This document shows, piece after piece, positions 49,519 through 60,939 of a stretch of 64,000 nucleotides of DNA. The stretch is from Eutreptiella sp. 'Long Island Sound 2002' (lineage: Eukaryota > Protista > Euglenida), in the NCBI GenBank assembly GCA_964036045.1, contig OZ038378.1, positions 1,240,001-1,304,000 on the forward strand, read 5' to 3'. The stretch's first letter is position 1. Every line of letters starts with the position of its first letter. The translations under genes were made by a program, and so were the position numbers. The notes under the pieces were generated by a model. It made no database searches, had not been told where the DNA came from, and saw only the letters and a list, made by a program, of their open reading frames with translations.

Positions 49519-50030
49519 GTGGCCAACAACGTTCATGTGTGTACTAAACAAGAGCAGGAAAATCAGTTGCCGGAAATGTACCCCCAATGGGACCCGGTAT
49601 GCAAGGTAGTGGTGCACAATACAAACTGGGACACACCGGCGGCACCGTATGACACATTCAACGCGATACTCCAATGGATTGCAGAGGGGGCACCACGAAG
49701 AGTCCACATACTGCGACGCTGCAATGCATCTGTGATGGTGGGAGGAGCCTGGATCTATGTGATCTGGTGCCCAGGGAGCCGACGGTGTTACTTGGGTCAG
49801 TGTGGGGCATGGGATAATATGAGGGTGGTGAAAGGTAGGATGAGGGAGCATGTACTATTGGTAATGGGCATCCACCAAGCCACCAGTGAAGAGGGCAAAA
49901 TCCCCTTGTACGAATGGTGGTCCTGCTTGGGCCTCCATAAGGTACAGATAACTGGAGCAGAACGAGTCCCAGCATTGAAAAGGTAACAGGTATGAAGAAA
50001 ACAATCGAACAGTTTGGTTGCGAGCTAGAT
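49519..50030 (+). pseudogene. GIY-YIG endonuclease domain remnant
   Basis: GAWIYVIWCPGSRRCYLGQ...KGRMREH: GIY-like and YIG-like halves at normal spacing plus the conserved Arg; stops and a frameshift after ALKR. Confidence 0.7.
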
Positions 50031-50337
50031 TTTCTGGAGTGCAGGTTACATTCGTTGCATACGGAAGATGATATCACACACTGAGTAGAGGAAGCATGTA
50101 AGGGAGAGAGAGAGGAAGAGAGAGAGAGTGGGTGTGTGTCTGTGTGGGCAAGAATGATTGAAGAGCAAGTGGCAGGGTGTCTGAGTGAGTGATGGAGACA
50201 GAGAGAGACTGTGTTTTTTTGTTCTGGTTCCCAGCGTGCCTGTGTGTGTGGGGGGGGGGGTGGCAGAGGGTGAGACAGTTCAGCTGAGCTTTGCACACCA
50301 TCCCCCGAAGACGTCCCGCCATCTTGGCTGCTTCTAG

Positions 50338-51468
50338 ATGACATGGCAGGCATTGCTGGCTGTCGTGCTGTGTCTGTGCATCGAAGCCACGGGTTTGTGG
50401 TCCGCTGTGAAGCGCCAGGGTGCAGTGCTGGATGTCGTCATCCCCTTTTACGAGAGGGAGACCTGCAAACTGCAAGTGCAATTGAACTCCATTGTCCGCT
50501 TTGACCCTCCACCGGAAAGGGTCTTCGGTGTCATTTACCTGATCTGGGTCTCTCGGTTGCCACTGGAGCGCCACATGATCGAGATGCTGCAACGGCCCCC
50601 GCGTAATGTCACTGTGCTTTCCCTACAAGAGCTGTGTACTCCGAAAGAGCAGGCAGCCCTGCAGCAGAGAGTACGAATCGTTAGAGGCGGTGCGAGAATG
50701 CTTACGCTGTGGAATGAGCAACAAATGGCCAAACTTTTGGTATCGCGTGTGGTGAAGTCCACTCACTACCTTGTGCTAGACACCAAAAACATTCTCACAA
50801 GTCTCGTGCAGCTGCATGACTACATTGACGTCCATGGGAGGGCCCGCACCTTTGCCTCTGATGGCGGAGATGTAGACAATTTGCCACGAATTATGCGGCC
50901 GTGGGCTTTGAAGGCCATGGAGGTGCTCAAAGTCCCGCCCAGCTTTGCACATGGGCACCCCGCAATGGCGGAGTCCGTCACCCCGTTTGTCATGGAGACC
51001 AAGACAGTGTTGGACATGCTGGAAGCGATTGAAAGGCTGCAGCCACCTGCAAGGCGAAGTACAGGTCTCATGGGTCGTCTGCAGCCTGTAGGGAGCCGCT
51101 GGACCCTCCAACGCGTCCTTGATGCAGGGGCCACGGAATTCACCTTGTATGACGTGTTTGCCCGCTCTCAGCCAAATTTCTCCGAGAAGTATATCTTGGA
51201 GCGCAGGCCAATCAGTCTGCTTGTTGCCACATTTTTCAAGTACATGGGCCGGGTTCAGACTAAGGAAGATGACTCTGGGTGTTGCTTGATCCAGCAGAGC
51301 AAGCAGATCTGTGAGGGGCAACATGGTCTGCCCACGATGGCAGGCTTCCAGATCGGCACCCTTCCTGTGAACAACAAGAATGTTGTCCACTGCTTGTTTA
51401 ACATTTTCCATGCCATGAATCTCACATCTGGACACACACACCTCTCCTTCGCCCGCTGTATGTCCTGA
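50338..51468 (+). CDS. Secreted DUF6492 / glycosyltransferase-fold-like protein, 376 aa, intronless
   Basis: Open ORF; hydrophobic N-terminus (MTWQALLAVVLCLCIEATG); LDVVIPFY, EQQMAKLL and YLVLDTKN motifs; CTTCTAG directly precedes the ATG. Confidence 0.7.
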   Translation: MTWQALLAVVLCLCIEATGLWSAVKRQGAVLDVVIPFYERETCKLQVQLNSIVRFDPPPERVFGVIYLIWVSRLPLERHMIEMLQRPPRNVTVLSLQELCTPKEQAALQQRVRIVRGGARMLTLWNEQQMAKLLVSRVVKSTHYLVLDTKNILTSLVQLHDYIDVHGRARTFASDGGDVDNLPRIMRPWALKAMEVLKVPPSFAHGHPAMAESVTPFVMETKTVLDMLEAIERLQPPARRSTGLMGRLQPVGSRWTLQRVLDAGATEFTLYDVFARSQPNFSEKYILERRPISLLVATFFKYMGRVQTKEDDSGCCLIQQSKQICEGQHGLPTMAGFQIGTLPVNNKNVVHCLFNIFHAMNLTSGHTHLSFARCMS

Positions 51469-52269
51469 TTGCCAGATGATTGCCCCTTGCCAAGCACTGC
51501 TCGGCTAGCATGGTCATGCCTGATACACTGGGAATGCCGTTCATGCAAGCGCCCGAGTGCGCACACAAGTACAAAGTTTTGCATGTCGGCAAATACTCGA
51601 CCCTAGTTTGGCCCCTTTCCCACAAGTTGCCCGGGAGTCCCAGGGTTTGCAGATCGCAACAGCATGCTTTGCGTGCTGTGAGGACCCTTGTAAGTTGTCC
51701 TTACAGCCTCCCATCAATTTTCAGCCTCCCAATGTGCATTGACCCGCTCAGGCAGGGATTGGGACATCCGGACCGGACATTGAGCCACAAGAGGCGACGC
51801 TGCTGTGGGTTGCCGTTGGCCTGCAACACTGTTTCCTGTGACCGGCCAGCGACCTAACCCTGACCTGGACTGAATGTGAGGAATGGGCTGGTGGGAAGGG
51901 TGTTGCGCACTGCACACTGGGGCGAAATGGCACATTACGTTCCACACTCTGCATGCCGCACAGTGATTGATGACATGCATTTCATTTGAATTTGTGTGAA
52001 AAGGGCCCAACGGATCCGGAGCTGGTCCCTGAGGACCCAATCCGCGGGAGGTGTTAGAAGATTGGAGGGCGGGGGGGTCGCACGCTCAGTGATGTACGAG
52101 GAAAAGGAAATTAAGAACCCACTCCACTTCTTGAAAAAAAATTGTAAAGCGCATCAGGTGATGGGGACTGGGCGATGCGATCCGTCCCAGATCAGGGTGG
52201 TGGAACCCCCCCCCCCCAAACCTGATGCGGCCTGTCACTCTTCACCGAAAGCAGAGGCGTACTGGCCAC

Positions 52270-53345
52270 GCGCAGGGCATGGCTGGGCAGGGCACGGCAG
52301 GGCAGGGCGGGGCGGGGCGGGGCGGGGCAGGGCGGGGCGATGCGGGGCGGGGCGGGGTATTTAAATTGGCCTAAAATTGTTCCGTGTAAATTGTTCCCAG
52401 GGCGGGGGCGTGGCCCCGCGCGCCGGGAGGTGCCTGCTACGGGGGTGGCAACAGGGCCGTGACCAGCCAACCGCGCACGGGACAGTCCACGTCGTACGGA
52501 GATGTGAAATCCTCGTACGGGGGGGGGAGGGGCAGGTGGGTGGGACAGGAGGGGGTGCACAACACAACAGGGGCACCCAGGAGCGCCAACAGACAGGGGG
52601 AGGAGCAACACAGACACACAGAACACGGGAGACACACAGGAGGGACAAGGGTGAGCACAGCAGACAAGGAGGAGGGGCACAGCAAGGCAGGAGAGGCAAC
52701 CAGAACAGCGGGAACAGGGAACCAGAATGGAGGGGATGGGAGAGCGTGCGCATGGGAGGCAGCAACAATAAAGGGGATGGCTTGGCCAGCCAGCCCCGTC
52801 GCTACCGGGTGCCAGGGCAACCTATGCTCAACCGGCATCAGGTGGGGGGTGTCTCCCGCAGCCCAGATGGGCTGTTTGTGCAACAGGAGCGGGAGCCCAT
52901 CAGGGGCAGACCAGCCGTGAGGGGGAAAAGGACATATGGCGGACATCCAGGACAGTGGGTGGAGGAACAGGGCACCTGGGCCTCACGCACACAGAAACAC
53001 CGCGAGGCAGGCTACGGACGGCCTGTGGACAGAGGCGGGTGGACAGCAAAAACAGTCAAACGACCCCAGCAACAACCAGCACATCCTCAATACGCCAATT
53101 ATTGGGCGTCGCTGATGCGCAAACGGCACACCATGCCACATTCAGCACAGCCCCAACACACCAACTACTGGGCGCCGCGAAGGCGGAAACGACACCAGCA
53201 AGAGCACCAGCCGCAGCGGCCGACAGAAAGCAGCAACCCGACGCAACATGCGAAGGGAAGAACGGGTGACTGTCCAGGGCCCCGCAAAGGAGCAACAACC
53301 AGATGGAATGTCACACAGGGGGTTAGGATCCGGGATGTCACGCGC
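52270..53345. mobile_element. Composite interspersed repeat with a (GGGGC)n tract and purine-rich body
   Basis: Low-complexity GGGGC/GGGCA run and strong strand asymmetry; no credible protein; family identity rests on recollection only. Confidence 0.5.
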
Positions 53346-53863
53346 AACACCCTAAGGATGAAAGTTTAGAACCATGAAGAATTGTGCCACACAATGGTGA
53401 TTTATGTTCCTGGCACATTATACCTTGCTTACTGGGCTAGTTTATGGGCCGTGTACCCATGGTTGGTGAAACACTCACATTTGGCCAACCTATGTACCAT
53501 CCTGAATAGATATCCTTCTTAGTGCCTTACTGTTTTGTGTGCTCCCCGCCCTCTCCAAGAGACAGGCCTGGTCTAATGTAGTGGATCACAACGCTGACAC
53601 GCCCACGTGGCTGCATGGAGCCATGGCAGCCATCCCCAAGGCACGAGAGGAGTCAGAACTAGACCGCATGCGCACGTGGGTCCCTGTGCGTGCAAGGCAC
53701 CCTTGGGAGAGTGAAAAAAGAGCGCCTGGGGATAAGCACGGCAGGACCAGGCATCACTTACGGTCTGCTAAGAAATACCACAAGACCTCGTGCTATGTAC
53801 CCACCCCAGTGCCTCCGCTTCCCATGTATTGTGGAGGGCCAAAAATGCGGCTCACAAATGCAC

Positions 53864-54310
53864 CATGGGGACTGGGCGATGCGATCCGCACTGGATCGGG
53901 GTGGTGTGGCCGCGGCCGATGCCTGTGCAGTGGGTGACCAGCATCTGCCAGACCATGCCCTCGTGGTCCTGCAGCTGCGCCCGGAGCCTGGCCTCCAGCT
54001 GCACCGTGCCCCACGCCTCCGTCAGCACGCAGTACTCCGCGTGCTCCTGCTCCCGCAGCGACTCGAACTCCAGAAGGTGCTCCCGCAGGAGGCGGAACTC
54101 GCGCTTCTGCAAGGCGTACTTGTGGGAGGAGAGGCTGGGCTGCAGGACGTTGGTGGCGACTCGCGGGCTGTAGGCGAAGGAAACGTCAGCCGGCGGCGGG
54201 TGCTTCGATCGGTGGTCCAGCAGGCGCAGGTGGCCCAGCCCGGTGGTGAGGGCATGCCAGCCCTCCATTTCCTGCCGCCGCAGTCTGGAGACCTCGCGAA
54301 TGGCTTCCAC
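53864..54310 (-). CDS. Internal exon of a coiled-coil protein (149 codons, phase 0-0)
   Basis: CTTCGCTCAG|GTG acceptor, ATG|GTGCAT donor, strong GC3 bias; LQKREFRLLREHLLEFESLREQEH..LEARLRAQLQ. Confidence 0.6.
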
Positions 54311-55469
54311 CTGAGCGAAGGGGTGGTGGTGGGGGGTAAAGGGTAACGCCGCCTAGTTCCCTATGGTGCGTGTTCCAACTTTTTGACCTATGACCATGTG
54401 CTGTTTCGCAAACGGTCTTCCCCCATCCCCCCACTGGATCCCATGAATTTGTCGGTGACGAAGGTCTTGTGGCCGGCGCGGTTGGATCCAAAGTGCGTAG
54501 CAGCACATTTGACCACTTTGTAGCCCCTGTGAGGTGGCACTTGTGAATGCCATGCACCACACGCTTTGCGCTTTTGCACTGTGTGCACACTTGCACTGCA
54601 TGCGGAGTGGCCAAGTGGGCAGCAAAACATAGATACGCGCTGCCCCGGGACTGTCCAAGATACCTTTTGCACACCCAGCCTTGCTCGTAGACGGGGTGAC
54701 AACTAAGAGCCACAATGTAGTGCAACAATGCCCCCAAAGCTCGTTATGGCTTTTTCACAGCTTCTTCTGACCGACCCGGCCATTGCCATTGCTTCATTCG
54801 CCGTCATCATATGCAAACAGTTTGTTGGTGCGCGCCAACACATTATTGGCACAGGGGGGCCGATGACACGTGCCAAACCCTCCCCGATAATCCCCCCACC
54901 AGGTGCCCGTGGTCCTGGTTCCCACCCTCTTGCCCTTAAAAAGAAAATGGTCGTTCTGATTGGGAGGCTGGACTCTAAATGGGCCCACAGTTCAAGAAAG
55001 GTCTTGTCGTAGTCCCCCTGGTTTGTGGAATATGCTTCATTGCCCACATGCCTAAGAAGTGCATCATTGGATTTTGGAAACCTCAGCACCATCACACACA
55101 CGCGTGGTGTGGGGCAGTAATTTCACTCCACTCACACAGGCACAGGCTTCAGTGCATGTGCGCACAGATTTCGGTGCATGCACAAAGGACATCTTGAGAT
55201 AGACAGATTTTCAGGGAAGACCAAATTCTCTGGCTGTGGAGGGGCATGTCTGGGTGGTCACTCGCGTTAAGGGCCGGCCCACAGTTTGGTTTCGTTCCCA
55301 TTTCTTTTGCAAGTTGTGTTTCGCAGTGAACCGGCAGCAGGCAAGACGTGCGCAGCTGGGCATTGCTTACTTCTTCTTGTCCAAGGCCCGGGCATCTGTG
55401 AATCAATACTGCCGGGTACATCTCATTTTGTTTGTTAGCTCGTTGTGCTCAGCCGTGATCACTAGACTC

Positions 55470-55488
55470 AGTCTGCTACTTGTCACAG
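55470..55488 (+). promoter_or_regulatory. Splice acceptor (cis or trans) just upstream of the methyltransferase start
   Basis: GTCTGCTACTTGTCACAG| ends at 55488; the ATG follows at 55503. Confidence 0.45.
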
Positions 55489-55502
55489 GTGTGCCACCAC
55501 CA

Positions 55503-56573
55503 ATGCTGCGCACGGCCTCTCGTGCATGTGCCTCTTTCCAATTGCATCACTTGCAATGGGGTCTCAGCAGGCCAGTCTTCGCTTCTCCAGACCTTCCCCA
55601 CATCGGGGCGGTCAGGTACAGACATTTCAGCACGAGAGGCAGTGGCGAGGCCGTTTCCGAAAAGGACAGGCAAGTGCAGAGCCATTACGAAGGGGCATCG
55701 GCTGTGTTCTATCGCACAGTGATGGGGGGCGGCGACAACAGCATCCATTATGGCCTGTTCATCGGGGATGCAGCTGGCGACGAGTCGAAAGTCAGGAACG
55801 CCAGCCGTAATACCGTCGATTTTGTGGCGCGTCTGATGGAGGTTGCCGCCTGTGGAGGCATTACCTCGGGATCGAAGGTGTTGGAGCTGGGGTCCGCCAC
55901 GGGAAACACTGCACAGCGCCTCATCCAGCGCTTTGGCTGCCATGTGACCGGTCTCAACATTTGCCCTGAGCAGAACAAAACGGCGGAAACGGCCGCACGT
56001 GAGCTTGGGTTTGCGGAGAAGTTCACCGCGGTCGCTGGGAGTTTCGACGAGGGTTGGCCCGAGGAGTGGGCAGAGGAGTTCGACGTTGTGTTGTCGATCG
56101 ACTCGTTGGTGCACTCCACCGACAAATGCAAGTTGATGAGGCAAGCCGCTCGTGTCCTGAGGCCCGGCGGCGTGCTCACCTTTTCGGACGTGCTGTCAAC
56201 GGAAACGGCCAGTGCTGAGCAGCAGGCCGCCATGCGCAGAGTCCTCCCGGGGTTGACCTTCGCACGGCCAAGCGAGTACATCGACAGCCTCTCGGCAGCA
56301 GGCTTGTCCCTCACTGCGTACGTCGATTTCTCGGACCATTTGGCTCTCACGTACGCCGGCATGGTGCATCAGATCGACAGGCATCGCGCTGAGATGGCGG
56401 CCGCGGGTGTTCCCGACAAGTACATGGACGACTATCGTGCTTCGTTAGAAGAGCGGCTCATTCAGATGTCTGCAGGCACATATGGTGTTGGGTGGGGGGC
56501 TTTCAGCGCTCAAAAGCGCACTGCCACCAACTCCAGGGTTGGGCCCGCTCTAATGGCAACTTTGCAGAAGTGA
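55503..56573 (+). CDS. Sarcosine/dimethylglycine N-methyltransferase-like SAM-dependent methyltransferase with a predicted mitochondrial presequence
   Basis: IHYGLF, VLELGSATG (motif I), LNICPEQN, GSFD, FDVVLSIDSLVHSTDK, RVLRPGG..FSD and GWG.F..QK. The N-terminus MLRTASRACASF..RHFST is Arg/Ser-rich with only one acidic residue. Confidence 0.85.
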   Translation: MLRTASRACASFQLHHLQWGLSRPVFASPDLPHIGAVRYRHFSTRGSGEAVSEKDRQVQSHYEGASAVFYRTVMGGGDNSIHYGLFIGDAAGDESKVRNASRNTVDFVARLMEVAACGGITSGSKVLELGSATGNTAQRLIQRFGCHVTGLNICPEQNKTAETAARELGFAEKFTAVAGSFDEGWPEEWAEEFDVVLSIDSLVHSTDKCKLMRQAARVLRPGGVLTFSDVLSTETASAEQQAAMRRVLPGLTFARPSEYIDSLSAAGLSLTAYVDFSDHLALTYAGMVHQIDRHRAEMAAAGVPDKYMDDYRASLEERLIQMSAGTYGVGWGAFSAQKRTATNSRVGPALMATLQK

Positions 56574-58772
56574 TTTCAAGATCGGCTGCTACAACACACG
56601 GCTGCAGTATACATGGCACCGCTACTGCAGTGCGGAGCCGTGCGGATGCAATGTGAAGCACATAACCAGAGGTTTGAACATAGCCATGGATGTATATCTC
56701 TCGGTGCCGACGGCAATCCCACCAACGCAGGGCGTTCTTGGGGGTCGCTGACATGGTTGCCTCGTTTATCCTGATTGAGTGTCCCGTAGTGGGGGGGGGG
56801 TGTTCAAAAATTGGGAACACCCCGGGTCTGCATGCCCAACTGACAACAGGATGGACAGTTTCGTGCATTTTGGACGATGCATGCTCTGCCTTCTGCCTTG
56901 TTTTGTCGACAGTCACTTGCCATGTCTGCAAGCAGCGCATCAGCATTTGGTTCGAAAAAGGAAAGGGGCCCACGACTGGATCAGGGGGGCTCGGGAGCGG
57001 CGTGACAGGACAGCACGACGAAGGCCTGCCACGGTCCGGTCTTAGCAGCCTTCCTGCAAGCGCCCTGAGCACCAAATCCTGTCCAAAACTGAGGTCACCA
57101 CCTTTCGTGCAATTTTTTTTGGATCGAGCCGCAGGCTGCAGGATTGGCAAAAGCTAAAAAAAAATACGGTCCCAACAATTAACATGGTAATGTCTGCCCC
57201 AACGGGGTCCCTGCCCTTGGCAACAATGACAACGATTCGGAATCAACATTGATGAAATGTGCAGTGCATGTTTGTGTGCATTGCTCACTTGGGCGTCTGA
57301 TTTCCAGCAGATGCAAACACCCAACGGTGCTGTCAAACGCTCCTTGAAATGGCAGATTTCAAAAAGGATGCACATACCCCCCCCCCCCCCTGGGACGACA
57401 TGTTTCCTCATCGGAGCGAAACTTGAAAAAAAAAAGCCCCCAGAGAGCCAATTTGTTCCGCGTTGGCGGATTATGGCGGTACCCGTGGGATATGTGTAGA
57501 TGCCTGAGCTGATGCACCGCCATGAAGAACCTCCTCTGCGTCTTACTCCAGAGTTTGGAGCGCCCCCTCCTGCTGCCGGCGCTGCATTTGAATGCACTGG
57601 GGACCTGGCACCAGGTGCTTTTCAGCTCCCCAAATAGGTTGACTTACAATTCATCGGCATTTTTTTTTTTGATCAGGTCAGGAGTGACGCTCTCGAGGCA
57701 TTTGGTGACGAACGGTGCCATCTGTCCAAATCCCCTGACGCTCGTGGCGCCGACGTGACAATCTGTGTATGATGGTCTGGTAAAGGTGATTCATGATCAT
57801 GCCGTGGATACTCCAGGACGGTGGGTTGCTGTCTTTCGAGGTGATATGGAGGGCTGGGCAGAATTGTGGGCAGAGAAGCGGGTGCTGCTGGCTGTGGGGA
57901 GGGCAAAGGAGGAACCTGCCAGGCCGGCGTCTGGGGTCTGATGGGTGGGACATGTGGACCTGTGGCAAACGATATTGCACCAAATGCATAAGCACCAACA
58001 ATCATTGACGTTCAAATGGGTGCCTCCGCATACGTCGATTGCAGCTGATGAAGGGGCGGATGCCCAAGCGGAGGCAGGAAGGGGGCGCTCCATTATATAT
58101 ACCCTTGCAACATGATGCACCATATTCAAAGGCAGGTAGATGCGCAGACAGCGCTGCAGTCATTGGAGTCTGTGGGGCTGGAGATGTCCGGCCGTTCGGG
58201 TTCCGATGTTTCGACGTATAGGAATCAAAGGGAAGGGGCACCGCTGATTCTGAACCCAGCCATGCACCAGTCAGTAGGTTGAGTTCCGGGTGGGGGCTCA
58301 AACCTTTTCGGAAGCAGGCTCAGCTCAGGCAGCAGTGCGTCTGCTTTGGATTACAGTCCCGAAGGGAGCAAGCAAAGCGTGCGGAGGAGGGGCCACAGGG
58401 AGCAAGGATGAGGGAGCAGGGTGCAAAGTCATGCCCATGGACAATAGCAGTGCAATGGGTGTCCAGGGGTGCATTCCTCTCTCCGCACCCATCCCCGGGG
58501 TGGGGGAGGTTTGTTCCACCTTCGTCATACTTGCATTGCAGTGTCTTGTTGTTGTGAGGCACCTTGGACCTTTTTTCCCTCGCCCAAGAGCACAGGACTT
58601 GTGTGAACATTTTCACACAAGTGGATGAATCTGCCCCAAACGCAAGAACGTCCAAAATCCACGTGGTTACGTGGTTACGTGCATAACAATCGTGCCTCAA
58701 CATTTAATGTTTATGTCCCAAGAGTGCTGTTGTGACCCCCTCAATCGCTGTCCCTCTCTTCCGAAGCTTCAG

Positions 58773-58893
58773 GTGGTGGTGGTGGTGGGTGCGGGCCCTG
58801 CAGGTCTGTCGCTTGGACGTACTCTTTAGAAGCACCAAGTGCCCTTTGTGATAATTGATCGGTACGATATTGAAAAGTTGTGCGGAGATGTCG
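58773..58893 (+). pseudogene. FAD-binding Rossmann exon of a flavin oxidoreductase with a nonsense codon
   Basis: CTTCAG|..G|GTGCGT boundaries; VVVVVGAGPAGLSLGRTL*KHQVPFVIIDR; TAG at 58827-58829. Confidence 0.7.
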
Positions 58894-60491
58894 GTGCGTG
58901 TTTGCTTTGTGCCTGCAATGCCCTGTTGTGGACAACACATCAAAGTAGAAACAAGGCCAGTCGGTCGGTCGGTCGTGCAGTATTTCAGCACAAAGACGGA
59001 TTTTTTTTTACCGGTCTTGCCCCACCATCGCCCCTGTGCTCTCGAGGCAAGCCACAGTGAGTGAGACTACTAGCAGCAAGCCATATCATGTCGCCCCAAA
59101 CCATCCTTAGGGGGCGCACCGTGCGCTGTGCGCGCACTGTGCGAGAAGTCGGCTGTTTTCCACCACTGGGGTCCCAGGGTCCTGAATTCTGCACCCCATG
59201 CTGTTTTGGGTTGATCGTGCATGCTTCTGTAGGTGGTTTTCAGGGGTGTTCCCGGGATAAACAACATAGTAATTGGCGGTGTGCCTACGCTGTGCGTGCG
59301 CTGTGCGAAAATGCCCCCTTAGGGCGGGAAATAGCTGGTTTAATAGTGGCCCGTAGTGGTATAATAGCTGGCCAATAATGCCCACTGTGAATCGTGCAAT
59401 GCGCTTGGCGCGTTTTGCAAGCCTGCGTGCCCCCACTCTGGGGGTTATTAATGTCCATGGGTCGAGCCGTGCTTGACTTCTTTCTCATGCGCTTGAGTTG
59501 TTGCTGGGTCGGGCAGATGGTGGTGATGCGGGGCCTGGGGGGGTTGGCCAGGGCCCGTCTTTGTTTCTTCTATTTTGCAGTGGGTGGGTGGGTGGGGGGG
59601 TCAATTGTCTAATTTCCCGAAAGTGATTGCACACGAAACTGCAGCGTTGTGTTTGTTGGCCGTTGTTCTATGTGGTTGTACGATGCCCCAGGTGCCGCCA
59701 CATGCTTCATGCACAGCAAACCCAACTGCAGCTGGCGACAACACACCACAGTAAACCTACATGACCAGGCATGGGGGGAGGTATGGCGCGCGGTGCGCGC
59801 GGTGCGATGCACGGTGCGCGGGCGGTGTGCGGTCTTTTGGGTTGCCTGGCTGACTCTTTCCCCATAATTCCCCCTTGTGCTTTTTCTCAGCACCTCACCG
59901 GCCCTGTAGCACCCCCCCTCCGGTGAGCCTGTCTGCCGTGGCTGCGGGATAGGGCGCCAAGCCAGGTTGCAATGGCTGTTGCGATGGTGGACAACAGCCA
60001 CGGGTGCCTCAACCCCTCCCCTGTGGATGGTGGGTTTGGTGGCCGCCTTGGGTCCGTCACCCCTTTTCCGAAGCCCCCGAAGAAGGAGATGCCCAAGTGG
60101 AAGACAACGGCAAATGATGGGCATAGTTTCGTGCGTGCACGTTCAGAGCATGTCTTGACGCAGTTGCATGCATGGGGCGTGTGCCGTGACACGTAGCGGA
60201 AATATGGACATTGCCTTCCAGACCGGATCCAGAAATTGCATTGGATGGCACGTGCGGTTGTGCGCATCCAACAATTTCAGAAGGTCAGGAACGTCCGCTA
60301 CGAGCCGCACGGACCGTGGGACCACTTCGGCCAACCAAAGGCCACACAACGGCACACGGACTCGGATTCATCCTCTTCCGACTCAGATACATGGCCATTT
60401 TCGAGACTATGATGGAAGCACGCGCGTGGTGCGATGCGCGGTGCGCGCGGTGCGCGTACCTCCCCCATGTGCTTGAATGGGGTTAGGGATA

Positions 60492-60762
60492 TCCCCGTCT
60501 CCCCCCCCTTGCAACCTCCCCCCCCTTGGGGGAGGAACAGTCACTTGGCCCAAAAAGCATAGGAAATACTAGGCTCCGAAGGCACCAAAGACATTTTTAC
60601 AAGGCTCCGAAGCTGATTTACACTGTGATACTATGGTACAGTTTTGTGGTGCAATCCTCCCCCCACCCCAGGGGGGGAACCGTCACTTCATGTCCGTCCC
60701 CCCCCCCCCCCTGGGGGGAACCGGCCTGACAAAAGGGGGGAGATTGCAAGGGGGGGCGGGGG
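60492..60762. mobile_element. MITE, same family as 60940-61552
   Basis: Inverted termini CCCCCCTTGCAA(C/T)CTCCCCCC; the internal GTCACTTGGCCCA.AAAGCATAGGAAATACTAGGC is shared with the next element. Confidence 0.7.
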
Positions 60763-60939
60763 GTCGCAATGACAGGGTGTTTGAAAAGGAAGTCCCCGAC
60801 CCTTGCTCAAAGTAACTGCAAGACAGGGGGTACATGGTGGGGTGCAGGGCATAGAGCATATGCATCGAGTGGCGGGGAAGATGCCGTGAGCATCTCGAAT
60901 GCCCATGGGTGCATGGCTGCGAAAGCCGCAACGGTTGTA

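Noticed and set aside
55236-55502. N-terminal extension of the methyltransferase ORF in the ORF track
   Set aside because: It starts at GTG, is non-conserved, and spans a pyrimidine tract and AG acceptor. The ATG at 55503 begins a coherent presequence.
60222-60283. Second exon of the flavoprotein (phase-compatible, DRIQKLHWMARAVVRIQQFQK)
   Set aside because: Splice signals fit, but the peptide does not match the expected flavoprotein sequence after the Rossmann motif; insufficient support.
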